A DNA stretch of 64,000 nt from Stegostoma tigrinum (taxonomy: Eukaryota): assembly GCF_030684315.1 (NCBI RefSeq), contig NC_081379.1:39323947-39387946 (forward strand). Reading direction: 5' to 3'. Of the stretch, positions 1-13,607 are shown piece after piece. The translations under genes and the position numbers were made by a program. Numbering within the stretch: position 1 is the stretch's first letter; each line of letters starts with the position of its first letter. The notes under the pieces were generated by a model. It was not told the origin of the DNA, did not search any database, and worked only from the letters and a program-made list of their open reading frames with translations.

Positions 1-79
1 TTCTGTTCTTTGCAGATACAAAATACATGTAAGCATGTTTCAAATCTCAGCTATTTGCTGGTTCATTTCTCAGTAATTA

Positions 80-2070
80 TAAGTCAGACTGAACCTGCAG
101 CAAGTGGTGAGGGAACCAACTCGAGGGAAAAACATACTCTACCTCATCATCAACAATCTGCCAGCTGCAGGTGCATCTGTGTATGACAGTATTGGTAAGA
201 GTGACTACCACACACACATTATGGAGATGTAGTCCTGCCTTCACATTGATAATATATTGCATCATGTTGTGTGTGGCACTATCACAGACTCCAAACAGAT
301 TCAGCAACTGAAGAGTGGGCATTTATAGCCGATCAACAGCAGTGGAATCATACTCCAGCGCAGTCTGCAACATTATGGTCCGTCAAACCCACCACTCTGC
401 CATTACAGTCAAGCCGGGGATCAACCTTGGTTCAATGAAGAGTGCAGGAGGGCGTACTAGGAGTAACACCAGGTGTGTCTGAAAATGAGGTGTCAACCTA
501 GTGAAACTATAAAATAGGACTGCATGCATGTCAAACAGCATTAGCAACAAGTGATGGAGCTAAGCAGTTCCACAACCACCAGATCCTCGTGAATGGTGGT
601 GGATATTTAAACAACTCAGTGGAGGAAGAGGCTGTACAAATATCTCCATCCTTAATGGAACAGGCCAGCACATAAGTGCAAAAGAATAAGGATGAAATAT
701 TCGCAACAATCTCCAGCCAGAAGTTCTACTTCTGTATCACAGATACCAAACTTAAGGGAATTCGATTCACTCCATGCGATATAAAGAAACAGTTGGATGC
801 ACTGGACACTGTAAAGGTTATGGGCTGTGACAGCATTCCAGCAATAGTACTGAAAACTTGTGCCCTCGAATTTGTCACACCTCCTAGCCAAGCTGTTCCA
901 ATACAGCTACAACACTGACAGCTACCCAGTAATGTAAAAGAAATTGCCTGGGTAATGTCCTATACACACAAAGCAGAACAAATTCACCTGGCCAATTACA
1001 GCCCTATCAGTCTATTCTTAATATCAGTAACATGATGGAAGGTGTCATCAACAGTGCTACCAAGCAGCACCCGCTTTGCAATGACACGCTCACTGATGCC
1101 CAGTTTGGGTTCTTCCTTGGCAATTCTTCCCTGGCCTGGGTTCAGACATGGACATCAGACCTAAATTTCATTGATAAGGTGAGTGCATTCGACTGATTGT
1201 GATACTGGTTGGAGTCGTATCTGACAAGTAGGAAAACGATTGTGGTTATTGGAAATCTATCATTTCAACTCCAGGACGACCACCTAGTGATATTCGCTTA
1301 TGAATTCACAATGTTCAGCATTATTCCTTATACTGAAGCAGTCCATGTTCCAAAGCAGCAATACCTGGACAATATCCAAGCTTGGGTTGAAAAGGGTCAA
1401 ATAACATTTGGAATGTTCAAATGCCATAACCATCTCCAGTAAGAGACAATCTAACCACTGACTCATGACATTGAGGGTGTTTCCACCACTGAACATCTGT
1501 CAACATACTGGGAGTTAACTGAACTGGACTACCATATAAATACAGTGACTACAAGAGCAAGTCGGAGGCTGGAAATGCTGCAGCAAGTATCGCATCTTTT
1601 AACTCCCTAAAGCCCACCATCTACAAAGCACAGGCCAGGAGTGTGATGGAATTCTCCACACTCGCCTGGGTGGGTGCAACACAGCACTTTGGAAGCTCGA
1701 CACCTTCCAGGACAAAGCAAGCCTGCTTTATTGGCACCACATCCACAAATATTTCACTCCTTCCCCCTCAAATCCCAGTACCAGTAGTGTGTACTATTTA
1801 TAAGATGCACTGTAAAAACTTACCAAGGCTTCATAGATACTGCCTTCCACTGCCATCTCAGAGGCTACGGGCAGATACATGAGAACACAACCATCCGCAG
1901 GTTGCGTTTACGTCCACACACCATTCTGACTTGGAATTATATCAGTTGTTATAACAGCACTATACTAAATTATCTGTACTGTACTGAAAGTTAGCTGACC
2001 ACCACCACCTCATACATTTAGAAATCAGTAGCAAATATTGGTATTACAAGTGATACTCACAACCTTGAAT
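80..2070 (+). mobile_element. Degenerate CR1/L2-group LINE (RT region and 3' end)
   Basis: Broken frames read IPAIVLKTCALEFVTP, NYSPISL, LESYLTSRKTIVVIG and LDNIQAW. Colinear with the better-preserved minus-strand copy at 49830-51900. Boundaries approximate. Confidence 0.8.
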
Positions 2071-2079
2071 TTTTTTTAG

Positions 2080-2600
2080 ATAGGGCTGTGGAAGAAAGTG
2101 AGTGGGTTTGTTTGGTGGTTAGCAAGATTAGAAGGGTGCAGGTTTTGTATATGAGGAGATCTGTTGCCAGTATTAATGAGCTTGTAGGGCAGAAATGTTG
2201 AATGGAAATGGCAACCTATGAAGGGAGCAGGAGATATGTTTCTTAGATAACAAGGTTTTGGTGGGTTGGGTGATGAGTTCAATAGTTCAGACATACCAGT
2301 TCCATGAAGGACATTGGAGTCTTTGGGTAAACGGACAACTGATTTTGAAGACAAAGATATTTTATGAAAATTTCACCTGGAGTTTGCAGTGAGGCTGAAA
2401 AGAAAGGTGTTTAAAAAAATTAAGAAGGTAGTTATTGATGGATTTCCTAGTCTCCTGAATGATGTTTGAGGAATTAGAACTCTTTGATGAAGGAAAGAGA
2501 GCACATTGAAGCCTGGTCTGACAGACAGAAACTAGGCACCAGTTATTTTCAAATTCATGTTTCTCTGGACTTAAGGGTAAAAGCAGGCCTTCAAGAAGAG
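2080..2600 (-). mobile_element. Old L2-like LINE fragment (probably continues at ~3060-3960)
   Basis: Minus frame resembles the RT N-terminal region (PSNLANHQ, similar to DP..LSNYRP). Heavily decayed. Confidence 0.4.
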
Positions 2601-2619
2601 GAGCAGGAGGATTTTCCCA

Positions 2620-3050
2620 GGGTTTAAGCTATAGGGAGAGGCTTAATAGGCCAGGGCTATTTTCCCAGAGCGTTGGAAGCTGCGGGGTGACCTTACAGAA
2701 ATTCATGAAATCATGAAGGCACAGATAGGATGAATAGCCAGGGTCATTTTCCCCAGGGTAGGGGAGTCCAAAACGAGAGGGCACAGGTTTAAGGTGAGAG
2801 GAGAAAGATTTAAAAGGGACCTAAGGGGCAACTTTTTCACACACAGGCTGCTGCGTGTATGAGCCCGAGCTGCCAGAGGAAGTGGTGGAGGCTACTTCAC
2901 TTACAACATTTAAAAGACATATAGATACATGAATAGCAAGGGTTTAGACGGATATTGGCCAAATGCTAGCAAATGAGACTAGATTAATTTAGGATGTCTG
3001 GTCAGCATGAAGGATTTGGACCAAAGGGTCTGATTCCATGCTGTACAGCT
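2620..3050 (+). mobile_element. CR1/HER1-type LINE 3' end
   Basis: Characteristic tail (agctatagggagaggcttaatagg ... aggtttaaggtgagagg ... gggtctgattccatgctg) shared with copies at 10060, 16680, 28040, 45230 and 58505. Confidence 0.8.
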
Positions 3051-4618
3051 GTATCACTATTCCTTACAGCAGTAGTTTTGATTTGGGGGTGGGGGGTCTG
3101 GACCGTTTGTATATCCAAGCTGTCATTCATTACAAATGAAAACTCATTGCAGTTAAGAATGATGTTGTGAATAGCTTGATGCATATTTTTATAGTTATTG
3201 GGAAGATGAATAGTCTAAATGATGAGCAAAATATGAAGAAGGTGGGCTTCATGACAAGAGCTTGGAGTTGGTGGCAGTGATAAGAAAAATCAAAGAAGAG
3301 ATGCCAGTTCAGGAAACTGGTAAAAGCAGCTGACTGGATCTTTTTGGTGACAGAAATCCAAGAATTGGCATTGTTGGAGGTAAAAGGATGAAGGAAGTAG
3401 CGGAAAAGAGGTTTAAGAGGATGACTTGCAGTAAGAGAAAAAGCCAGAGGTTATCTGCGCATTCCAGGGTGATCCTGGAGTAGTAAACAGTTTTAGCAGA
3501 TGATGGCATTACCTAAAGGTACTTTGTGATCCACCCAACTCCTAGTAGTGACTGGTTAAAATGGTTGACCATTATATATGTTTTATGTCCAAGGAACAGA
3601 ATTGAAGAGCCCCAGTTTCACTCTTATCAAAAGGAATGGTCAGGTATAAGTCTCATGGTTTTAATGGGGTGATGGGGGAAAACTATGGTGTCATAAGTAA
3701 ATGTAAGATGAGAGACAGTTGTATTCTACAGTCAACACTTACTAAAACTTGCTGGAGACTCTTCGAATTTATCTTATATAAATTTTATAGTCAGTGTTTA
3801 GAAGGTTGTTTCCTCATACATCTGGATTAGGTGTCAAATCAGGTCCCAGGAATAAAATGTCTAAATCACTCAGGCACCTAGGGTACTTTCTAATGAATAA
3901 AAGAGGATTGTTAACTTTGTGGGCAGTGTTTACTGTGTCGTGGTAGTAGATAACCCAGTGCCAACCATTAAATACTTAAGGTAACTGCATGTTTTCTACC
4001 TTTGTGTTGATTTTATAATTGTTCTATCAGGTCAAATCTGTTGATTTTTAACCTTGGCAGCAAGTGTCGTGGTCTCTCGCCCTTTCAATTATAATTGCTT
4101 CAATCTAGGTGGCCGAGCCACCACTTCCATCTTTGTATCTCTCCGCCTTTCTACTTTGCTTTCCTCCTTTTTCAGAAACCACCTACCTTTTTAGCCAAGT
4201 AAATATCTCCTCAGGTGGCTCAGTGACAATTTTCTTTTTAGTAGTGATCCTGAGAAGTGTTTTGGGGCATTTGAGTAGTGGGCTTCTGCTTCTGGCTTAG
4301 GGAGGAAAAGATCAGCTCAAGTTGCTAGCCCAGTTGAGTGGTGTAATTTGTGAACTTCAGCTGAAGATGACTTAAAGCTGGGATGTGGCACCTCATTCCT
4401 CGGTGTTCACAGTGCGATCATGTGAATGTTTCTCAGTGTATCTGAATTCTCTGGTACCCTGCAGAAGTCAGTATCTTCTGGATGAGAAAGAGTAACAAAA
4501 CTGTGCTGTGTTGAAGTATCTGCTATCGATGAGAAACTAGCTGTTTTAATTTCATCCTTGAACTTTTTCCCCCCACAGGATCTGATAACAGCTCTGATAC
4601 CAATCATTTCTTTTTCAG

Positions 4619-4768
4619 GGAGAAACTGCTTATATTAGAGTTCGTGCAGACAAGCCCAGAAGTTCTAGTTACGGCAGGTCAAGATCAAGGTCCCTTTCTA
4701 GAGGTCGTTATTCTCCCTATCAAAGTAGAAGCTCCCCTCGGTATTCACCGAGACCCCAATATAGATGA
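4619..4768 (+). CDS. SRSF9: SRSF9 (SRp30c) last coding exon; rest of the gene lies left of the window
   Basis: Acceptor tctttttcag, then [49 protein letters not shown] (TGA 4766-4768). Matches the end of RRM2 plus the short RS tail of SRSF9 (human GETSYIRV...SPYQSRGSP). Convergent with GATC as in human. Confidence 0.93.
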   Translation, partial: GETAYIRVRADKPRSSSYGRSRSRSLSRGRYSPYQSRSSPRYSPRPQYR

Positions 4769-4867
4769 GGACTTCATAGTCAAAAATTTACTTTTTAATC
4801 CACATTCCATCATCGGCCGTTAGTTCCTTTTCCTTCAATTCTATATTTCGTGATATGCTTTGAATTA

Positions 4868-4972
4868 AATAAACTTGATTTTTTTCTTTTTTAATTATTG
4901 ACTTTGTTGTCTTGTTCCATGGACCTTTACTGGCTTCTTAAATAATTTAGCATACCTCTTTTATTAAATAAA
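4868..4972 (+). terminator. Candidate SRSF9 polyadenylation signals
   Basis: AATAAA at 4868-4873 and 4967-4972, each followed by T/GT-rich sequence. Confidence 0.55.
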
Positions 4973-5767
4973 ATTGTAGCCAGGGAAATGCTGTGTGTTT
5001 ATTTGTGTAGAAAGGTATTTTGTACTTTTCACTGTTCCCTGCTTCATTAATGCACACCAACTGAGTACATCTCTGGTGTTCTAATATTTGTCATTGATAA
5101 TTTGAAATATTAAGAGTTTATGAAAGAAATGAACTATGAAGAAAATGTTAAATTGGACACTAACTTAGGATTTTTCACTGAGTGCTTGCTTGTTAAGAGA
5201 TAGTGGCAGTGTCAGCCTTGGTTCAGTGATAGCTGTAGCAGAAGGCCTTCCTTAGAACAGTGTGATCACGTTAGTGGAGCAAGGAGCACCAACAGAAATG
5301 CAGTAATTTGCATGAGACTAAATAATGTTTATTCAACTGGCTTAATTTCTTATCTTGAAAGGTGGCATTTCCAAGAATGCAATATTCCCTTAATACTCCA
5401 CATGAAATATCACCCTAGATTATGCACAGATTCCTGAAGTAGGAGGCAAAACCATGAATTTCTGCTTCAAAGACGAGAATGCATATCTCAATATTCAAAT
5501 AAAATCAACATTTTTTCTATTCAATTAAATTTAAACAAAAACAACAAACCACAAGTTGATAGAGAAATAATCTACACCACTGAATTTCACTTCTTTGGCA
5601 CTACCATTTGATGTGAAAAACTGCTTCACTTGACCAATCTGGTGCATTTGAATCTTCACTGCAGCAGATGCAAGTTCCGTGATGTCAAGTTGTCTGCAAG
5701 AAAGTGGAATTCCTCACCACAAGTGTCCATTTTGAAATTGTTAATTCCAAAATTTCCTCTGTCATCA

Positions 5768-5829
5768 TCACCAGTTAGAATGCTGAATGAAGCTGTCTCT
5801 CTCTTCCTTCTTTGGCAGTGGAATATTCC
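5768..5829 (-). CDS. GATC: GATC exon 5 (last coding exon)
   Basis: Acceptor ttttttag, phase 1: (G)NIPLPKKEERDSFIQHSNW*. Continues the VAPPG-NI motif of GatC. Confidence 0.9.
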
Positions 5830-7599
5830 CTAAAAAATGAAAAGACATTTATTTATATTAGGCAAAATATATCTTAAGACAATGTAAAAAACATGATAAC
5901 TTTCTCAAAGTATCTTTGGTTGCAAGTTGCCACTTGCATCACCTTCAAGGCCCTGCCTCTCAGACCAGTACTTGGAAAGTAAAATGACATTGCAGGTGCT
6001 TAGCCCATTATTCCTAGACCATTTTGGTTCTGCCCTACATAGGGAGAAATCACAGGCAGAGCACTTAAGCAAAGGCAATCTCTTGCCAACAAATATGGAA
6101 ATTCTTACCATGAGATATTCCTGCTTTACCTTGTGTTTAGAGTGACACCTGCTGAACTTTTAACTCAGAACCTTTTCTAAACAACCTCAAACAGAATGCC
6201 ATAATTATTAAATGGCAGCCAGAATCTTCCTTCACAGAATAAGTGGTGGGAGAGACTGCCTTAAAAAGGTGATATCAATCAGGTTATGGTAATGCCTTTA
6301 AAACATTATTAGAACCAGCTTCCTAATTTTCTTCTGAAAACTTAACTTGCATTGGCTACAGATCTATAGGATCAGCAAACGTGATAAATCAACTCAGTGG
6401 ACACTCTTCATACAAACCAGTAAGAGGCAGCAGGTGGTGACATGTTCTACCATGAGGACCATCACAGCTAAGTCTGAATACATCTTCAAATGACAAACAC
6501 ATTGGTCACAGTTAAGTAATCCAAACACAGAAATACTGGCTGTTATCTTACACATCCCTGAGGAACAAACTCCGCACCTCGGCTGAGATCATCATAATCT
6601 ACAGCAGACCCATAACAGGGTTGCTCTTTGCACTTGTTTTTTGTGAACTGTTGAAATGATTTAGACAATACGAGTTCTGCTGTCAAGCGATCACAATTTT
6701 CATTATATTGAACTGAACATTACAGCAAGAATTCAACACATTTTTCCAAATGAATACTTTAATGCTAAACTGCAAATAAAGTTGAGCATTTAAAATTAAA
6801 TGCTGCCAATGAGAATACTTGGCTAGTTCTAAATCAAACTCACCCATCAACCTGGCTGTCATTTTCAGTTCAGAAAAAGTGTGACACCACACTGCATCAA
6901 ACAATTTTACAAAGAAATATATTGTTCAGACTGACTCCCAAGATTTTTTTTGGACAACTAGCTTAAACTATATAGACAGGAAAGTCTAGGTTTTGTCTAA
7001 TTCTGTGCCATGTTAATTGAACTCAAGTCACAGCAAGAGACTTACAATCAGCCTCGGTCATCCCAGGATAGGGAAAGGGGGGATCAAAAAAAACCCAGCC
7101 AGGATTTCGCCTTCATCACTATGCAAGCCTACTTTGATTTCCTGTCAAATCTAATAGTGATCAATACAGTTGTAGACAAGTGTAATGAAAAGCTCCTGCA
7201 TTTCTGTGAAGTCTGAAGTTGGATTAAAAAAAGTTCAATTTTAGAAGTCACACTGAAAACTTAACATGATTTCCCAACCCAACTTCTAAATGCTATACAT
7301 TGATTTTCTATTGAGAAAATCATAAAATGTGATACTTCCAGGCAAGAACAATTTGAATCTCATCATTTATCTCAAAGCATAGCTAGAAGTGGGAAAACAA
7401 TATTAAAAATCACTGCAAAGAAGTTAAAAGAACCATGGTTAAAGAAATACCACAGGTAATGTTGATAAATGTTTGGACTCACATCATTCTGTGATGGAAA
7501 CTGATTAACAACAGGTTGACATCAGCTTTCATTATTCACTGCAATGACAGCATTGAGGAAAGCAGTACGACTTAACCCTTCAGTTGTTAGCAGTTTTCC

Positions 7600-9560
7600 A
7601 TACAGAAAATCATCCCATCAATAGATTGCATGGTAAGTTGTCTGTCTTCATCAGGGATAGTTCAAACCATACTGAAAGGATATTTAAGGAGGAGAATCCA
7701 TGAGCTCTCCTTATAACCAACTTAGAGAAGAGTGTACTGTAGGTACTCTTGGAGACAGCCCATGAACTAAATTAGAGATCAAGACCTCAAGGATCACTAC
7801 GGCTATGAGCAAACTGGAATGGCGAGAAATAGATGATGGAAGTGAACGTGTGACCAAGTGATTGGGAAAGAAGGGTTTCATTTAAGTACTGGGACAGCAA
7901 GAAACTACTAGGCTAGGCTAAGAATTCCTAACAGAAAGGAAAAATAAAGTGGTCACTATGATGCAGTTCTAAGAAATAAATTGCAGTCACAAATTTGGAC
8001 GCTTTGACCTGGCGGCACTTACGGACATAGCTGCAAGATGGTTTGGATTGGGAACTTGTAAGTTACTGAGGCAAATGGTGGCAGAGGAGAAATAATTTTG
8101 ATGATTAAGGATGAAATCATCTCAATGATAAGAGAGCTAATAACAAAAGGTAGACAGTGGAGACTTTATGGCTAGAACAAAGAATTGAAAATGATTAAAG
8201 ATTATATGAGAACTGTTGCGGTTTCTGTAGCAGATATGAAGCTGGTATGTTGTGTAAATATAAAGATTAGACAAACGTAGTAGTGGTAGTGTTCTTAATG
8301 AGATTTTGACTTTTATAAAGATTGCCATAACAATATGATGTCGGAACTTGTCAGATAGGTGAATTTCATGAGTGTATCTGAACTTATTTAACAATATTTC
8401 CAGGAGCCAACAAGAGGAGATATCAGGTATGGTAACGTGTAATGATTTAGTTAGTGGTTTAATGGTACAAGAACACATTTATCTAACAGTAATTATAATA
8501 TGGTTGAATAAATGTGTAGTTTAAAAAGGAGAAATGCAAAACAACTACCAGCAATTCTAGATTAAGAGAAGGCTGATTTCAAAAGGATAAGCAAGACAGT
8601 GTCCACAGTAAACTGGACAAACGTATCAATGGGTATCTATCAGCAATGACAGATCTGTGGGAGGACTCCATGTTGAGGGATACACACTAAAGCTTAAAGC
8701 AGAGGTCCAATGCGGAAAGGTCACTGTGCAAGGCCTTCCAGTCATAATACACCAAGGAGTTGGAAACTCTATCAAACCGCTCGAGATGCGTGACCGATGA
8801 GTATTGTAAAATTGTATTGCAGCACCTCAGAGTGGAGTGCACTGTATGCAGCAAAGTTGAAGCCTATTGCACTTTCTGTAATTTTCAATTTGACTGTATG
8901 CCTGACGTGAAATGTATATTGCAAATTTTAAGCAGTATTGCAATTATATGGAGGCACCCAAGAGTGGAACATGTTGAATGAAGACAAGCTGAATTTTACT
9001 GCACTCTAATTTTCAAAATATTTTGTTATGTACTTTTTCAAATTTTATGAATAAAGTATATTTTTGTGGTACAGGACTAGTTTTATACACCTAAGGAGTA
9101 AGACACTGACTCATCAGGAAATACAACTGAACAATTAAAGATGTAGGGGACAACATAAAACAAAGCAAATGCATATAAAAATGCAGAGTTAAAAAAACAC
9201 ATCCTGGTGAATAGGAAATATATAAAGTACATCCCAATATAGTGTCAAAGCAGAAAAATAGGGAGTAGGACAAGGAGCTCGGAGGGGTATTAAAATTAAC
9301 ACTTCAGAATAAAGAGTAATCAGGAGGAACGTACCGATAACAGTGACACTGTCAATAGAAGTGAGGACATGGCAGACATGCTAAGTAATTATTTTGCATC
9401 TGTAGTTGAATTAGAAGAAGATATCTCAACCAAACTAATCAATGAGTCAGGGTCGGAGACCCACATAAGTGATGAGGCAAAGTAATAACAATGTGGATAA
9501 TGTGAAGAGGGATCAATCCCACCTCTGACCTTAAGATGTAGGAAAGGTCATTGATGGAAT
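7600..9560 (+). mobile_element. Highly decayed CR1-type LINE (ORF1/endonuclease region)
   Basis: Purine-rich decayed coding-like sequence with CR1-like motifs (gtcagtggtcactat-like and ctagattaagagaaggctgatttc). No intact ORF. Confidence 0.35.
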
Positions 9561-9609
9561 AGCTGAAGATGTCACAGCCCAGGAGAGAAGCCTGAGGAGC
9601 GGGGGGCTC

Positions 9610-9945
9610 TTGGGAGCAGTGGTGACGTCGCTATGCTGTTGCAGGCCCAGGTTCAAATCCCATGTACTGCAGATGTGTGTCACAACATCCTCCACAGGTT
9701 GGCTAGAAAATATCGATCACACAGATAATGGAAACGGCCTGATTTCAATCCATTTATTAAAGTTAGTACACTGACAGTTGCTAATTCAGGGATAGACGCT
9801 TTCCAACAATCCAATATTATTAAGAGGGCCCTCATGGCGCAGTGGTAATGTCCCCATCTCTGAGCCAGGAGGCCTGGGTTAAAGTCCCAGCTATTCCAGA
9901 GTTATGTAATAATGTCTCTGAACAGGTTGGATAGAAAATATCTAC
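9610..9945 (+). mobile_element. Two copies of a short tRNA-derived SINE (~9610-9715 and ~9830-9942)
   Basis: A-box-like gcagtggt and B-box-like ggttcaaatcc / ggttaaagtcc, both ending caggttggNtagaaaatatc. A third copy lies on the minus strand at ~54820-54915. Confidence 0.6.
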
Positions 9946-10059
9946 CCTGACGAACTCCTGCAGAGACATACTGGGGCTAAAATGACTGACCTGAAACAAC
10001 CTCCAACCAACTGCCTATGTGCCAGGTATGACTCCAGCCAGTGGACAGACTTCCATGAA

Positions 10060-10705
10060 GGTGTTCCGCAAGCTTGCTTTTGCCAGTCAATGCATTGACT
10101 ATAGGAGCTGGGAGGTTCTGTTGTGGCTGTACAGGACATTAGTTAGGCCATTTTCACAATACCATGTGCAACCCTGGTCTCCCTCCAATAGGAAGGATGT
10201 TGTGAAAACTGAAAGGGTTAAGAAAATATTTACAAGGATGTTGCCAGGGTTGAGGGTTTGAGCTGTAAGGAGAGGCTGAATAGGTTGGGACAATTTTCCC
10301 TGGAGCAGCAGGGGCTGAGCGGTGACCTTATAGAGGTTTATAAAATCTTCAGGGGCATGGTTAGGGTGAATAGGCACGGTCTCCTCCCCCCCCCCAGCCA
10401 GTATTGGGCTGGCATGGGAAGAGAATCCAAAAATAGAGGCCATAGGTTTAAGGTGAGAGGGAATGACTTAAAAGGGACCTACAGGGGAAACTTTTTCACA
10501 CAGAGGGTGGTGCGTGCATGGATTAAGCTGCCAGAGGAAGTGGTGGAGGCTGGTACAAATACAACATTTAAAAGGCATCTGGATGGATATATGAACAGGA
10601 AGGGTTTAGAGGGATATGGGCCAAATGCTGGCAAATGGCACTAGAAAGATATCTGGTCAGCATGGATGAGTTAAGACTGAAGGGTCTGTTTCCATGCTCT
10701 GACTA
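10060..10705 (+). mobile_element. CR1/HER1-type LINE 3' fragment nested in a minus-strand CR1/L2-group LINE (~9945-10035 and ~10710-11520)
   Basis: LYRTLVRP...WSP...RMLPGL, ERLNRLGQFSLE...GDLIEVYKI and NFFTQRVVRAW. Flanks match the WLESYLAHR family on the minus strand. Confidence 0.85.
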
Positions 10706-11225
10706 TGTCAAAAGCAACTCTCCCTCACTTCTTCTGGAGTTCAGCCTAATTTACCATGTTTGAACCAAGGCTGCAATAAGATCAGGAGCTGAGTGGCCCT
10801 GGCAGAACCCAAACTGAGCTGGTTATTATTGAACACATGCTGTCTAATGGCATCGTGAAGCCATCCCTTTACTGATAACGAACAGTGAGAAGTAGGGGTG
10901 GGAATTGAGCCAATATTTAGAGGGATATGGGCCAAATGCTGGCAAATGGCACTAGAAAGATATCTGGTCAGCATGGATGAGTTAAGACTGAAGGGTCTGT
11001 TTCCATGCTCTGACTATGTCAAAAGCAACTCTCCCTCACTTCTTCTGGAGTTCAGCCTAATTTACCATGTTTGAACCAAGGCTGCAATAAGATCAGGAGC
11101 TGAGTGGCCCTGGCAGAACCCAAACTGAGCTGGTTATTATTGAACACATGCTGTCTAATGGCATCGTGAAGCCATCCCTTTACTGATAACGAACAGTGAG
11201 AAGTAGGGGTGGGAATTGAGCCAAT
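10605..11225 (+). repeat. Direct tandem duplication of 310 bp
   Basis: 10605-10914 and 10916-11225 read identical by eye (tttagagggatatggg ... ggaattgagccaat). Confidence 0.92.
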
Positions 11226-12213
11226 TGGATTTGTCCAACTTTTTGTGGATTTGAGATACCTGGGTAATTTTCCACATTGTTGGGTAAATGCCAGGATTTT
11301 ATCTGGAACAACTTAGCAAGGGACATGGCTAACTGGGGAGCACAGGTCATCAGCACTATTGTCAGGAGGTTATTGGAGCCTCTGCAATATTCAGATCCTT
11401 CAATGGTTTCTTGGTACCTGTAAAGCGAGTCAATTTTGCTGAAGACTGGCATTGGTGATCCTGAGGAGCACAGGAAGAGGTTAAGATGAATCATCTACTC
11501 AGCACTTCTAGATGAAGGTTTAAGATTATAAAGCAAAGCGGCAGGATTAGGCCACTGAGTCTGCTTTGCCATTCAATGAGGTCACAGTTGATCTGACAAT
11601 TGTTAACTTCATTTTACCGTCTTTTCACCATAACTTGCAACTCTCTCACTGATTAAAAGTCTGTATCTCAGCCTTCAATAGACTCAACAGCCCTCTGTGG
11701 TAAAGAATTCCACAGATTCACCATTGTCTGACAGAATAAATTCCTCCTCATCTCTGTCTTAAATGGGTGCTGCTTACTCTGGTCTTAAATGCTCCCACAG
11801 GCAGGAACAAGAAAGATTCCCAGATTCAAGGGTCAAACTATGAGGAGGAGGTTCCACAAACCAAGGGTCTGATGAGTCTTCATGAGAACTGGTAACAGCG
11901 TGGAACAAGTGGTATTTATACTGCAGTCAAAAGTTGAGAGAGGTGAGTGGACAGGTGACAATGGAGCCGAGAGAGAGAGAGAGTGTCCTGAAAGAGGTGG
12001 GTAAGCAAGGAGATTATGGATTGTAGGTCAGGAAAGAGAGAAAAAAAAGTTGACTGTGATAATTAGAGCTTTGTATTAGAGCAAGTTTGCAATGTTAATT
12101 ATAGCTCTGGCATTGAGATGAAAATTGACACTGACACCTTCCAGCAATAACCGAAGAGGATGCCACCTGATGAATTTGAAAGCACCAAAGATGGTGAAGC
12201 TGGCTGAACGTAC

Positions 12214-12317
12214 CTGGAGGTGCGACAAGGTATCCCTCTACAACCTGTTTCACATTGCTCAGGATTGCATCTGCACAGTAACCTTCCGTGACCGTGTCTG
12301 CACGCAGATACAATGGC
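12214..12317 (-). CDS. GATC: GATC exon 4
   Basis: cacag|(R)PLYLRADTVTEGYCADAILSNVKQVVEGYLVAPP(G)|gtacgt. 104 nt, phases 2/1 consistent with neighbours. Confidence 0.95.
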
Positions 12318-13607
12318 CTGTGTGATAAAATAGAAATGTTTTGAGAACGGATTTGAAAGGTACTATAGCTGTAGTCCATTGATCCCTCAGATCAGTGATA
12401 AGACAACTCTACAAGAACAGAGGAACTTGGAGCAGGAGTAGATTACAGTAAATCTCCATTTGACATTAACTTAGCAACATTGGTTTTGTGTTAATGAAGC
12501 CTATAATTTCACTGAGCATCCTTATGTTTGTTTTTGCATCACGTCCTGTGTGGTCCAACTGGCACCATTCTGAAGGTGCCTCTCCCACTGATTTGCAGCA
12601 TCTGCCTGTGCTTAACGCTCCGACATGTAACGTCTCCCCTTTCTGGCCCCACCCTGAAACTGAACCTCCTGCGTCCTGACTGACCCACTCGCCACTTCAT
12701 TCTCCTGACTGTGCATTCTTGTTCAAGATCCAGGTCCAATTCCAGAGCCCCAGGAGTTATGAAAGTGTGGATCCCAATAGTGCAGAAGTCCCAAGCTGGG
12801 ACCTCTTTAATCCATGTGTTTTTATAAATTCTAGTTGAGCTCTGCTTCTCACCAGCACCCATGTCCACTGCCCTTATTGACAGTGGAAGTTCTAGAGTGC
12901 ACATGACAAGCTGAAGCTAGGGCACATTGATAAGAACGTCTGCCTGTCTGTTTCCAGCGCTCTCTTCTGTGCCACGTTTGCAGCCTCCATTGGTCCCCTG
13001 TTCAAAGGCCTTAGGGTGAGATGTCCCCCATTCCCTGCATCGATACTCCCTTTTCCATCTCAACCAATCTTGACTCTGGAAAATAAAAGCCAAATCCTGG
13101 AGGATGCTGGAAATCTGAAATAAAAACAGAAAAGGCTGGAAATTCCCAGCAGGTCTGATTACCATCTGCAAAGAGAGAAACATTTCAAGCCAATGACCTG
13201 CTTAACATTCACAGGGTTTTTTGTTATATTTTAACTATGTTTTTGTCACTGGTTGATTGTATGCATTACCCGCTGGTTTACGGACATAAAATTCAAATCA
13301 ATCTGCCTAAATTAAATGCAAAGTCTTCGGGATTAAAATATTTGTATCGACAGTCCTGGGTGCACATTCATGGTCAGCACATTGGAGCTTTTTCACGGGA
13401 AATCTTTCCAATTTAATCTTAATTGTGCAGTTTTCTGAGATAGTGAGCCTGGAATCAATGACAGACCACCTCTGGTGCTGAATTCGTTCATAAATAGTAA
13501 TGAGATACCTTGTGCTGTCCTGTACTCTCTGACGGACACAGAAGACTCTGATAGGATATATTTCTTGATTCCCAATAAGCCATTCGTCAAGTTATTGACC
13601 ACTGAGC

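Noticed and set aside
9610-9945. Additional tRNA genes
   Set aside because: A/B-box-like motifs, but no cloverleaf and shared non-tRNA tails: SINE heads.
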